The notes below the pieces were generated by a model. The model was not told the DNA's origin, did no database searches, and saw only the letters and a list, made by a program, of their open reading frames with translations. Below are positions 54,026 through 63,959 of a stretch of 64,000 nucleotides of DNA, piece by piece. The DNA lies in NCBI GenBank assembly GCA_041674285.1, contig JBAYVZ010000005.1, positions 5,176 to 69,175 on the forward strand, written 5' to 3'. Both the position numbers and the translations under genes were made by a program. Each line of letters opens with the position of its first letter. The stretch's first letter is position 1. Source of the stretch: Minisyncoccota bacterium. GTDB taxonomy: Bacteria > Patescibacteriota > Minisyncoccia > Phycocordibacterales > UBA9973.

Positions 54026-54556
54026 TCAAATCTGTGGAAATCTTTCGCAGGCAAAACAGGTCAATCCTATGGCTATGGCGTCTAGCTCGTCGTCTGATTT
54101 TATGGTTCTCTCTATCTTGATCAATTTAGGTACCATACTCATCACTGCACTCTTGTCTGACTTGCCGTAGCCCGTCACAGCTATCTTGATCTGAGGGGGA
54201 GTGTATTCAAATACTTGTAGCCCGTACTTCATGGCAGAGTATATGATCACCCCACGAGCTTCGGCTACGCCCATGACGGTCTTTTGGTTGTTTGTAAAAA
54301 AAAGTTTTTCTATGGCTAATGCTTTTGGTTTGTATTCTTTTGATATACTTTCTATTTTTTCACCTATCAGTAGTATTCTCTCATAAAAGGGGAGCTTTGC
54401 ACTTGTCTTGAAGCACTCTGAATACAATAGCGTCTCCTTGCTCTTGCCGTCCTTTTCTATTATCGCGATTCCGATTCTCTCGAATCCCGGGTCTATGCCA
54501 AGTATGATCATAGTATGATTGTATTTTGTATGGAAGTGTTTTGCAAATTTTGCCAA
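54026..54556 (-). CDS. ruvC: Holliday junction resolvase RuvC
   Basis: MIILGIDPG...; the real start is probably the Met at about 54511. Confidence 0.85.
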   Translation of the reverse strand: MAKFAKHFHTKYNHTMIILGIDPGFERIGIAIIEKDGKSKETLLYSECFKTSAKLPFYERILLIGEKIESISKEYKPKALAIEKLFFTNNQKTVMGVAEARGVIIYSAMKYGLQVFEYTPPQIKIAVTGYGKSDKSAVMSMVPKLIKIERTIKSDDELDAIAIGLTCFACERFPQI

Positions 54557-54615
54557 AATAGTTTTTTTGTGTTATCTTGAAGAAAAAAACTTTCCACAAT
54601 TTAAATTTTTAACTC

Positions 54616-55203
54616 ATGCCAGAACAAGTAGCCCAAGAGGCACCAAAGAAGCTTAGCTTCGAAAACGATTTCACATTGATTCGTCGTTACAGGATACTCT
54701 ATGTAGACCATGGTTCTATTGCCGATGCCACAAAACAAGAAGAAAAGAAAGAGGGTAAACCCACAAAAGAAATTATGATTAATTCTGTGACCAATCTTTC
54801 TGGAATTGATTTAAAGATGAAGCAGGCATCTAGAAAATCTGAAATTAGTATCGACGTAAGAATGATGCAAAAGGTGGATATAACACTCCTCCAAGCCTAC
54901 CACTCGATTGGAAAAACAAGGGAAATAATTATCCCCGAGGATCGGATTATGCAGATCATTCATTCTCTAAGTAGAAGCTGCTTGGATTTTAGGGGTGATA
55001 TTTATAAATCTCCCACTCGGACAGTTAATTTTTTTGTAAAACAAAAGGTTAAAAAATTAGACGAAAAGAGAACTATTGTTTACAGAGTCATTATGACAAA
55101 AGGGAAAAAATTCGACATTGTAATCCTTTCCTTGCAGGACCCAGAAATTATAAAAGGGGAAGCAGGGCACCTTTTTGCAATTGACTACTCATTAAAACAT
55201 TAG
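54616..55203 (+). CDS. Hypothetical protein
   Basis: 195-aa ORF on the strand opposite ruvC/ruvB. Not RuvA-like. Confidence 0.35.
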   Translation: MPEQVAQEAPKKLSFENDFTLIRRYRILYVDHGSIADATKQEEKKEGKPTKEIMINSVTNLSGIDLKMKQASRKSEISIDVRMMQKVDITLLQAYHSIGKTREIIIPEDRIMQIIHSLSRSCLDFRGDIYKSPTRTVNFFVKQKVKKLDEKRTIVYRVIMTKGKKFDIVILSLQDPEIIKGEAGHLFAIDYSLKH

Positions 55204-55253
55204 ACCTTTCATCAAAGATATAAAAAACAGCAAATACAAAGTTTGCTGTTTTT

Positions 55254-56249
55254 TTATATCTCTTCTGGAAAATCAAACCCCAAGTGTGCGTAACCCTTTT
55301 TTGTGACAGTACGCCCACGTGCCCCACGCTCTATTAATCCGAGCTGTATGAGGTAGGGCTCGATGACTTCCTCTATGGTAGCCTCCTCTTCACTAGTAGC
55401 AGCAGCGATAGTCTTGAGACCTACTGGACCACCGTTGAATTTTGAAATTATGATCTCTAGTACTCTACGGTCAGAAGCAGAGAGTCCTAGCTCGTCAATT
55501 TCTAGTAGTGCCAGAGCCTTCTTTACCGCATCCTTGTCCATCATAGTCTTGTGGACTTGGGCATAGTCACGGCAACGCTTCAAAAAGTAGTTTGCTGTGC
55601 GGGGTGTGAATCGTGCACGCTTTGCGATCTCGTCTAGTGCGCCATCATCTAGTGTGACACCTAGAATCTTTGCAGAGCGAGCGAGAATTTTTTTTATCTC
55701 TTCATGATTGTAGAATTCTAGTCGGAATACTCCACCAGAGAATCGTGATCGGAGGGGGGATGATAGTAGTGCGATACGAGTAGTCGCAGCGATCAATGTG
55801 AATGGTGGTAGCTCGAGCTGGATAGTACGAGCAGATGGTCCCTTGCCGATGATGATGTCGAGCACTCCAGACTCCATAGCAGGGTACAGGACCTCCTCTA
55901 CCATTTTATTTAATCTGTGTATCTCATCGATAAATACTATATCTCCAGGTGCGAGATTTGTTAGGATGGATGCGAGGTCACCGACCTTTTCTATTGCAGG
56001 ACCGGAGGTAATCTTGATCTGCCTCCTGGTCTCGTGCGCTACGAGGTGAGCGAGAGTGGTCTTGCCTAGTCCTGGAGGACCGTAGAATAGTATATGCTCT
56101 GCTGGGTGAGAGCGCTCTTCGGCTGCCTGGAGGAGAATTTTAAGGTTGGCCTTGATGTTTTCCTGACCAATGTATTCATCCCACACACTTGGACGGAGTG
56201 TCTGGTCTAAAAAGCCTTCATCTTTGGTTGTATCTTTGGGACTTGACAT
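55254..56249 (-). CDS. ruvB: Holliday junction branch-migration helicase RuvB
   Basis: GPPGLGKTTLA, DEIHRL, and a C-terminal winged helix. Confidence 0.9.
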   Translation of the reverse strand: MSSPKDTTKDEGFLDQTLRPSVWDEYIGQENIKANLKILLQAAEERSHPAEHILFYGPPGLGKTTLAHLVAHETRRQIKITSGPAIEKVGDLASILTNLAPGDIVFIDEIHRLNKMVEEVLYPAMESGVLDIIIGKGPSARTIQLELPPFTLIAATTRIALLSSPLRSRFSGGVFRLEFYNHEEIKKILARSAKILGVTLDDGALDEIAKRARFTPRTANYFLKRCRDYAQVHKTMMDKDAVKKALALLEIDELGLSASDRRVLEIIISKFNGGPVGLKTIAAATSEEEATIEEVIEPYLIQLGLIERGARGRTVTKKGYAHLGFDFPEEI

Positions 56250-56503
56250 TATTTTTTGTTTATGATATACTCTGTGTAGATTCAGTTACAACAGTATTAT
56301 AGCATCAAAGCAAAGAGGACATAAATCTCTAAGCAATCAGCCCCGTGCTCTATGTGTGCGCGTAGGACATTCTGGTTTATTTTTAATATTACTGGGGTTA
56401 TCCTTCAACCACTCATTACTTTAGGACTTGTTTTTAAAGGATTGTTTAGAGATTTATGTCTTTTTCTATGGGTAGATGTTTTGTTTTGTGTTAAAATAAA
56501 AAT

Positions 56504-56659
56504 ATGAAAATCAATCTTCATATACCTGTAAATTTTCCATTTGCAGCAGTAGTCATCACTATTATCGGGGCAATGTTTACATTTTATATATATAAAGTCG
56601 CAGATGGGGCTATCACTCAGGTCGCATCCAATGGAATAGTCTCTACTCCTATGGAATAA
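56504..56659 (+). CDS. Small (51 aa) membrane peptide, hypothetical
   Basis: MKINLHIPVNFPFAAVVITIIGAMFTFYIY... followed by a terminator. Confidence 0.3.
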   Translation: MKINLHIPVNFPFAAVVITIIGAMFTFYIYKVADGAITQVASNGIVSTPME

Positions 56660-56660
56660 A

Positions 56661-56696
56661 AAAACAATCCTAATTTTATTAGGATTGTTTTTTTAT
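56661..56696. terminator. Bidirectional hairpin terminator
   Basis: AAACAATCCTAAT-ttt-ATTAGGATTGTTT followed by a T-run. Confidence 0.6.
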
Positions 56697-58396
56697 TACT
56701 CTGCGTAGAAATCTACTACACTTGCAACTTCTTCAAAAGATGTAGCACCGGTGAGGATCTTTACCACACCATCTTCTTCCATATTTAGATTGCCCTGATT
56801 GCTGGCCACCTCTTTAATCTCGCGTTCACTAGGATTGTTTGGGATTATGGCTTCGATTTCTGCATTGTTGTGCACAGCTTCGAATATTCCCATGCGACCC
56901 TTGTATCCAGTAAAGTTACATTTTTCGCAACCGACGGGTTCATATGTTTTGAATGGATTTGTCATGTCGACTCCGTAATTTGCCAAATCTTTTTTGTGAG
57001 CCACTGCTCCGGCTATCACTTTATCGATTATAATTTTTTCACTGTCTGAAATTTGTTTTTCTTTTTTACATTCTACGCACAGCTTGCGCACTAGACGCTG
57101 AGCGATAGATAGAGATAGTGCAGATACTAATATCTTTGGATTTACCTCTAGGTCTATCAGGCGGGGGATTACTCCAGCGGCATTGTTCGTGTGTAGTGTC
57201 GAGAATACAAGGTGACCAGTGAGGGCTGATTCGACTGCAATCTTTGCAGTCTCGCTGTCACGGATTTCTCCGACCATGATCACATCCGGGTCCTGGCGGA
57301 GTGCTGATCGTAGGCCCTCTAGGAATGTATAGCCCTTTTCTGTATCTACCTGCGTCTGCGTGATGCCGGGTAGATGATATTCTACTGGGTCCTCGATCGT
57401 GATGATCTTTATCTCGCTAGAATATATCTTTTGTAGGAATGAGTATAGTGTAGTAGTCTTTCCAGATCCAGTAGGTCCAGTCAGGAGGATCAGTCCATTT
57501 GGTTTTTTGATCTCGCGCATGAATACTTCAAAAAGTTTTGGCTCGATACCCATATCCTCGAGCTCTACTCTGATAGATTTTGGATTGAGTAGTCTCATCA
57601 CTATGGATTCACCGTATGCCCCAGGGATGAGTGATACACGGAGAGATATCTCATCGCCATTTATCACTACACTGAATCTGCCGTCTTGGGCTATAGAGTG
57701 AGATGTGATTTTTAATCCAGAGAGTAATTTGATTCTAGAATTTATGAACTTGTGGATCTCGATAGGGATGTCGGCTACCTCTTGGAGGATACCGTCTAGT
57801 CTGTATCGTAGGCGAACTATATTCTCCTCTGGCTCGATGTGTACGTCAGAAGCATTCACTGCGATAGCTCCGGCCATGATCACCTCGAGCATGTGTGATG
57901 TAGTGTGGGTCTTTTCTTTTTCTATCTTTTCAATCTCGGCTTTGATGTCTACTATGTTTTTTATATTACCGGCGATTTTTTCTAGCACGTCACCAGAGAT
58001 ATCGATACTACCTGCTTTTGATTCTGATGCATAGGAGATCTCGGCATACCTATCCCAGGCCTTTTCTAGTGATGCAGTAGAAGCCATATAGAAATGTGGT
58101 TCATATCCATGAGAAGTAAAATATTCTGTAGCCATCTGTATGTTGTCTGGCTGAGGAGACTTGATTGCTATGTGGAGATTCTTGCCTAGTATTTTGAAAG
58201 GAGCCAATTCTTTCTCCCTGGCTTCTGCCTCGGGGATAGTACGTAGGGCATCGTTCTCGATAGGGAGGTTTGCTAGGTTTACATGAGGCATATTGTACTT
58301 TGATTCTGCTAGCATAGCCACTAGATTCTCTTCCTCTTGTTTATGTATATCTGCCAAGTCTTTATTCTCTTTTTCGTCATCAAAAATGATAGTCAT
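56696..58396 (-). CDS. pilB: GspE/PilB-family type IV pilus assembly ATPase
   Basis: N-terminal GspII_E-like domain, GPTGSGKTTTL Walker A, and a C-terminal CxxC...CxxC zinc site. Confidence 0.8.
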   Translation of the reverse strand: MTIIFDDEKENKDLADIHKQEEENLVAMLAESKYNMPHVNLANLPIENDALRTIPEAEAREKELAPFKILGKNLHIAIKSPQPDNIQMATEYFTSHGYEPHFYMASTASLEKAWDRYAEISYASESKAGSIDISGDVLEKIAGNIKNIVDIKAEIEKIEKEKTHTTSHMLEVIMAGAIAVNASDVHIEPEENIVRLRYRLDGILQEVADIPIEIHKFINSRIKLLSGLKITSHSIAQDGRFSVVINGDEISLRVSLIPGAYGESIVMRLLNPKSIRVELEDMGIEPKLFEVFMREIKKPNGLILLTGPTGSGKTTTLYSFLQKIYSSEIKIITIEDPVEYHLPGITQTQVDTEKGYTFLEGLRSALRQDPDVIMVGEIRDSETAKIAVESALTGHLVFSTLHTNNAAGVIPRLIDLEVNPKILVSALSLSIAQRLVRKLCVECKKEKQISDSEKIIIDKVIAGAVAHKKDLANYGVDMTNPFKTYEPVGCEKCNFTGYKGRMGIFEAVHNNAEIEAIIPNNPSEREIKEVASNQGNLNMEEDGVVKILTGATSFEEVASVVDFYAE

Positions 58397-58447
58397 AATA
58401 CGCTTATTATACTTGATTTTTAAAGGTAAAAATAGGGGTAATACCCC

Positions 58448-59539
58448 TTGACTTTTATATCCAAATATGATACAATATGTGTAAATAAAAAAACTTTGAA
58501 AAAATTACTTTTCGTAGTGATGGTACTAGGTGCCTTAGCTACAACAAGCGCAATCGCGCAAAATTACTTGCCTTTGTTGCCAGTATGCAACTACAAGCCT
58601 GGAACTCTTGAATATCGTCAGCATTTTTATAACGAGATCAAGAGTGACTCTGCTTATGAGTCACAGCTTCTTCTTTTTGTTAACACTGCATTGAAAAATG
58701 CAGGCGAAGACAAAAATCTGAACAATGGTAAACCACTTGGGCCTAAGCATCTTTGGTGGATAACGGGTCAGATCTATTATGGTAATGTACGGTTAGGTAA
58801 GTATGAAAGTTTTATTAACACTAGAAAATTAAGAAGTGGTAAAACTGAGTACTACGAAGACTCAATTCAAAAAGATTTTACCGCAGGTACTTTTAAGTAC
58901 AAAGAATGCAGTTTAACTTTTTTGAAAGGTGATTGCTTTAACTTCATCACACTACCTCTTTCTGACCAAGTTAACCCTGAAGAAGGATTGGCAACTCTTC
59001 CTGTGGAGCGTATCCGTGACACAGTCTATCTTCCTGGAGAAGTAAAGATTGAGTACAGGGACAGGGATGTAGAAAGAGGAAAAGTTGCCGCTGAAGCTCA
59101 TGCTAGAAACATGAGCGGAAGTACAAGTAGCTCTAGCTCGTGGAACCATCAATCATCTGAAGATATCTCCCAAGTAGATTATCATCGGAGTGCTGGTGTT
59201 TCCATAAATGCAGGAGCATTGTTTCAGACTGTTTGTGCTATTGCCGGTATCGGTAATGGTAGTTATCAGTCTAGTAATTCTGGTGGTAATTTAGGGGTTA
59301 CTGTTATCCCAAGTGAGACCTACAGTGCTTACTCAAACAAAAGAAGTTTAAGTGGAGGAGCATCTTCTTCAAATTCTACTTCTGTTAATCTGGGTGGTAA
59401 TGCTGGAAATCAGAATCAAAACCAACAGGCTCAAACACAAGGTACAAACAGCAAGTGCCGTTATTGTAATTACAATAACAACCTGGTTGGGCAAAAACCA
59501 GTACAGCAGGGCTACAATATAGCCACAACTGCAGAGTAG
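58448..59539 (+). CDS. Secreted Ser/Asn/Gly-rich hypothetical protein
   Basis: Signal peptide; low-complexity C-terminus. Confidence 0.35.
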   Translation: MTFISKYDTICVNKKTLKKLLFVVMVLGALATTSAIAQNYLPLLPVCNYKPGTLEYRQHFYNEIKSDSAYESQLLLFVNTALKNAGEDKNLNNGKPLGPKHLWWITGQIYYGNVRLGKYESFINTRKLRSGKTEYYEDSIQKDFTAGTFKYKECSLTFLKGDCFNFITLPLSDQVNPEEGLATLPVERIRDTVYLPGEVKIEYRDRDVERGKVAAEAHARNMSGSTSSSSSWNHQSSEDISQVDYHRSAGVSINAGALFQTVCAIAGIGNGSYQSSNSGGNLGVTVIPSETYSAYSNKRSLSGGASSSNSTSVNLGGNAGNQNQNQQAQTQGTNSKCRYCNYNNNLVGQKPVQQGYNIATTAE

Positions 59540-59655
59540 TTCTTGTGTCGAAATTTATTGCTCGGGAGGGTTTTTTATGAAAACTCCTCCCTTGCTTTTT
59601 TAAGTTTTCAATATATTATCAGGTAACCCTATTGAAGATTTAAAATTGCAAATAT

Positions 59656-61077
59656 ATGAAAAAATTATTTATAACAATGTTTATAGTTGGTGCATTCCTA
59701 TTTGTAGGGGATGTTGTTTCTGCTGTCACAGTGCCAGGTTGTAATATCTATTGTCACAACGCTCCGCAAGTGCCAGTAGTACAACCTACACCTTGCTGTG
59801 CTCCACAGCAACCAGTTTATTATCCACCAACAAATCCTTGTTGTGTGCCTGCTCCACAGCCACAGCCTCCATGTTCACAGTATCCATGTGGTGGTTTTCC
59901 TGTTCCTACACCTGAGCCGGTAGTAGACAATTGTCGTATCTCTAGTTTTACATCAAATCGAAATTATGTGACTTCTGGTGAAGCGGTCACTCTACGATGG
60001 ACTACTACAGGGGATTGTTATAAAGCCAATCTCTCTGACTATGGATCAGTGAATACTTATGGTAGTAGGACTATATATCCTACTGTCAGTGATAGCTACA
60101 CTCTACGTGCATACGGATACAACAATACAGATTCTGAGGATCTGTATATCACAGTTAACGGAGGTAATACAAACATCCTCCCTAATGTATCTACATACAA
60201 TCCTTCATATTTGGGCACAGGCTCTGCAGTTTTAAATGGTTATGCTAGTATCTCATCTGGTACTATGAATGCATGGATAGAATTCCCATGTTACTCTACA
60301 AATTATGGTAATCGATATAGTGTCTCTAGTACAAATCTTTCTGGTACTGTATACAATCTAAAGCCAAACACTACATACTCATACTGTGCTGCAGGACAGA
60401 GTACATATGGTAGTCAGATCGTGAGGGGTAATATCGTATCATTTACCACTATCGCACTATCAAATCCAGTAGATACTGATTCTTCTGTACGCACAAATGC
60501 TCCTACTTATGTATCTAGGAATTCTGGTACTATGAACGGTACTATCAGTAATCCAAACAATTATTCTCTCAATGGATATTTTGAATATGGTACAAGCGTA
60601 GGTTTGGGGTCTCGTACAAGTTCAAAGACTCTAGGGAATAGCAATACTATAAACTTTAGCGAGACACTAACAGGTCTGTCAGAGGGTACTATATACTACT
60701 ACCGCGCAGTCTCTGAAGGTTCAAATGGTACACAGAGAGGATTGATAGAAGTATTCGGTACGACATCACCTACAAAGACAGTGGTGATAAACAAACAGCC
60801 AACAGTGCAAAAGAGATACAAGACTATATATGTACCTACTATCGTAGAGGATACTAGTCCTATAGTAGATGAAGCCCCAGTTATCCAACCAGTTCAAAAT
60901 AATCTCGGGGCCAATGCTTTCTGGAGTGCTATGTGGCTACAGTACGGACCATACTTCTGGTTATTGATAATCATCATAATCTTGCTTATAATTCTATTGG
61001 CTCGTACATATCGAAACGATGGGAATACAAAAACAAAAACTACAACAGTAGTAACTCATGACAACAATATTCACTAA
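59656..61077 (+). CDS. Cell-surface protein with a Cys/Pro-rich N-terminal region and a C-terminal TM anchor
   Basis: Signal peptide; PCCAPQQPVYYPPTNPCCVPAPQPQPPC; C-terminal FWLLIIIIILLIILLA followed by a basic tail. Confidence 0.35.
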   Translation: MKKLFITMFIVGAFLFVGDVVSAVTVPGCNIYCHNAPQVPVVQPTPCCAPQQPVYYPPTNPCCVPAPQPQPPCSQYPCGGFPVPTPEPVVDNCRISSFTSNRNYVTSGEAVTLRWTTTGDCYKANLSDYGSVNTYGSRTIYPTVSDSYTLRAYGYNNTDSEDLYITVNGGNTNILPNVSTYNPSYLGTGSAVLNGYASISSGTMNAWIEFPCYSTNYGNRYSVSSTNLSGTVYNLKPNTTYSYCAAGQSTYGSQIVRGNIVSFTTIALSNPVDTDSSVRTNAPTYVSRNSGTMNGTISNPNNYSLNGYFEYGTSVGLGSRTSSKTLGNSNTINFSETLTGLSEGTIYYYRAVSEGSNGTQRGLIEVFGTTSPTKTVVINKQPTVQKRYKTIYVPTIVEDTSPIVDEAPVIQPVQNNLGANAFWSAMWLQYGPYFWLLIIIIILLIILLARTYRNDGNTKTKTTTVVTHDNNIH

Positions 61078-61504
61078 AAATGAATTAGGAGACATCGCAA
61101 AAAAGATACTTGAAAAAGTATCTTTTTTGGCTTCATCTCGTGCAGATGTAGTCACGCTATCTGGTGACCTAGGTGCAGGCAAGACTACGCTCTCTCAGTC
61201 TGCAGCAAAAGAATTGGGTGTGGTAGAAAATGTAATCTCTCCGACTTTTGTAATAATGAAAAGTTACGAGATTAAAAATAAAAATTATAAGTGGAAAAAT
61301 CTAGTTCACATAGATGCGTACAGATTAGCAAAGAGTGAAGAACTTTTAAAACTCGGATGGGAAAAAATATTATCTGATAAAAATAATTTAATTCTGATAG
61401 AGTGGTCCGAGCTAGTTCCTGAGTGCATACCAGATGGGGGAGTGTGCAGGGTGAATCTAAAACATGTAGATGAAGAAAGAAGAGAGTTGGAAATAATGTT
61501 ATAA
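61058..61504 (+). CDS. tsaE: tRNA threonylcarbamoyladenosine biosynthesis protein TsaE
   Basis: GDLGAGKTT P-loop, SPTF. Confidence 0.75.
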   Translation: MTTIFTKNELGDIAKKILEKVSFLASSRADVVTLSGDLGAGKTTLSQSAAKELGVVENVISPTFVIMKSYEIKNKNYKWKNLVHIDAYRLAKSEELLKLGWEKILSDKNNLILIEWSELVPECIPDGGVCRVNLKHVDEERRELEIML

Positions 61505-61519
61505 TTAATTTTTTAAATT

Positions 61520-63286
61520 ATGAAAATATCAAATCCAAATGCAGACTATAAATTGTATCCGATAAAAGATCTTATCTTAGATGTTTGGAAACATTCTGGG
61601 TCCGGACGCCTGAATCTCATTCTAGGAACTTTTTTTAGAGCGGCTGGCGATCTCGTGGATCTTTATCCTGCTGTGGCCTTGGGTGTGATTGTCAGCACTT
61701 TAACTGCTGGGTCTTTAAATGTCTGGCTAGTTTTGTTGAAGGTTTTTATTTTTTGGATTTTGTCTGTTGTCGCTCGGCAATTTTTCCTTTATCTTGCGAA
61801 AAAATTAATATTTAGTGAATCTATAAAGATAACGACTATTGTTCAAAAGAAAATGATAGAGATATTAATATCTTTAGATAGCGGATGGCAGGAAAATGAG
61901 TCGTCAGGTAAAAAAATGAAAAGAATCGAAGTAGGTTCTTTTAGCTATAGAGACATATTGTCTTCTTGGGTAAATAATTATATAGAGATAATAATTCGTT
62001 TTGTCGGTATCCCGATTATTCTGTTTAAGTTTGATCCTATCGTCGCCGGCCTCGTTGTCTTGTTTTTGTTTATATATTGGTTTATTTCTGTGTATTTGAG
62101 AAAGAGTTGTATACAGGCCGCTTATGATTATAATCTTTATCAGGAAGAATCATCAGGTCTAGCTTTTGAGGTGATTAGTAATATCAAGACGATTAGAGTA
62201 CTACATGTATCTGACGCTATATTGAAAAAGCTCAGCTCCAAGATAAATGATTTTGCTTCTGGTGCAAAAAGACGTTTTTCTGCTTTTAATACAAGAAGTA
62301 GAACAATGAATATGTTTTCGAATTTATACAGAATAGGAGTTGTATTTTATATTATTTATGCTGTGTTGAATCATCAGTATGAAGTCGGTTTTATCGTAAT
62401 ATTCTTTTCTTATTTCAGTGGGATTATTGAAACCATAAAAGAACTTTCTGATGTTAGTCAGGATACTATTGTCCATAGGCAGAATATCTATCGCATGTAT
62501 GATCTCATTGGCAAAGAATTACCAGTAGAAAAAGGTGCGCACAACTTTCCAAAAAAATGGGATGCACTAAGTATTAAAAATCTTTCATTTTCTTATGGAG
62601 AGAATGAAGCCATTAAAGATTTATCCTTGGCTGTAGAGCATGGTCAAAAAGTGGGAATTGTAGGATTGTCTGGTGCAGGGAAATCGACATTGTTCAAGCT
62701 TCTTATCCGAGAGCGTGATGATTATACTGGATCTATCGATTTTGGAAATGTTTCTTTTAGGGATATCAAGAAAGATGATTTTTATAAAAATGTTTCTATT
62801 GTTCCGCAAGATACAGAAGTTTTTAATTTCTCATTAAAAGAAAATATTACAATCGCAAAACCAGAAGACGAAGAAAATGCAGAACTGCTCGACCGTGCAC
62901 TGACAATCAGTCATGTAAAAGAATTCCTACACAAGTTATCTCTCGGAGTAGATACTATGATAGGGGAGAAAGGGGTAAAGCTCTCTGGTGGGGAGCGTCA
63001 GCGCCTAGGTATCGCCCGTGCAGTATTCAAACAACCAGAGATACTATTGCTCGATGAGGCTACATCTCACCTGGATATCGAATCTGAAGAAAAGATTAAA
63101 GATTCACTCCACCTATTTTTCAAAGATATAACTGCCATAGTGATCGCACACCGATTAACCACAATAAGGGAGATGGACAAGATTGTAGTCATAGAAGATG
63201 GACGTGTGGTAGAGGCGGGTTCATTTGATGAACTCATGAATAAAAAAGATAGATTTTATTCTATGTGGCAAAAACAAAAATTTTAA
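61520..63286 (+). CDS. ABC exporter, fused permease and ATP-binding subunit
   Basis: About 6 TM at the N-terminus; GLSGAGKST Walker A, LSGGERQRLGIARA signature, ILLLDEATSHLD. Confidence 0.8.
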   Translation: MKISNPNADYKLYPIKDLILDVWKHSGSGRLNLILGTFFRAAGDLVDLYPAVALGVIVSTLTAGSLNVWLVLLKVFIFWILSVVARQFFLYLAKKLIFSESIKITTIVQKKMIEILISLDSGWQENESSGKKMKRIEVGSFSYRDILSSWVNNYIEIIIRFVGIPIILFKFDPIVAGLVVLFLFIYWFISVYLRKSCIQAAYDYNLYQEESSGLAFEVISNIKTIRVLHVSDAILKKLSSKINDFASGAKRRFSAFNTRSRTMNMFSNLYRIGVVFYIIYAVLNHQYEVGFIVIFFSYFSGIIETIKELSDVSQDTIVHRQNIYRMYDLIGKELPVEKGAHNFPKKWDALSIKNLSFSYGENEAIKDLSLAVEHGQKVGIVGLSGAGKSTLFKLLIRERDDYTGSIDFGNVSFRDIKKDDFYKNVSIVPQDTEVFNFSLKENITIAKPEDEENAELLDRALTISHVKEFLHKLSLGVDTMIGEKGVKLSGGERQRLGIARAVFKQPEILLLDEATSHLDIESEEKIKDSLHLFFKDITAIVIAHRLTTIREMDKIVVIEDGRVVEAGSFDELMNKKDRFYSMWQKQKF

Positions 63287-63301
63287 TTAAATAAAAAAAG
63301 A

Positions 63302-63330
63302 GCGCGACTTGTGGGTCGCGCCTTTTTATT
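63302..63330. terminator. Hairpin terminator
   Basis: GAGCGCGAC-ttgtg-GGTCGCGCC followed by a T-run. Confidence 0.5.
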
Positions 63331-63959
63331 TACTTTCTTAGTCCTTTGAGTTTAATCTCATCGGGATCTAAAATCTTGTGGTGAACTTCCAACTTTGCAT
63401 CAGAGCCAGTTATGATGTAGAACTTGCCACCCAGGTACTCGATGTATTGGTGGTTTTTTCCTATGCCGTACTTGTCCTTGATGCCCCTTGGTACTTTTGG
63501 AGCTTCATCTTTTTCGGAATCCAGGTCGTAATAATCACCACGCTCGATCCAAGTGAAAGAAACTGTGTCTCTCTCGCTATGCTGAGTTAGGATAATACCG
63601 GGACTTACACGGATGGCTTTGCCATATGTGCGCACTGGTAAAGTAATTAGTTTCCAGTTTCCTTCGATGAGATAATCATCTTTAAAGAAAACTCCCTTAG
63701 TTACAACTGGGACACCTATCAATTTGATTTCCTCCGAGTTCAAAAAGGTGGCATCCCTCCTGTCGAGGATTTGACGATCTGTTAGCATTCCACGGTAGTG
63801 TTTATTAAAGAAGATAATATCCTCAGGGCTAGTTTCTTCGTAGCCCATCTTTTGCTGTGTTGCACAAGAGCCCAATACGAGGACTAATAGTGCTGTGAAA
63901 AGTTTAATCATAATTTGTAAATTTGTGTATATTATATCACTTTCTATATATATTGTCAA
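63330..63959 (-). CDS. Putative lipoprotein
   Basis: LLVLVLGSC lipobox after the internal Met (MIKLF...). Confidence 0.4.
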   Translation of the reverse strand: MTIYIESDIIYTNLQIMIKLFTALLVLVLGSCATQQKMGYEETSPEDIIFFNKHYRGMLTDRQILDRRDATFLNSEEIKLIGVPVVTKGVFFKDDYLIEGNWKLITLPVRTYGKAIRVSPGIILTQHSERDTVSFTWIERGDYYDLDSEKDEAPKVPRGIKDKYGIGKNHQYIEYLGGKFYIITGSDAKLEVHHKILDPDEIKLKGLRK

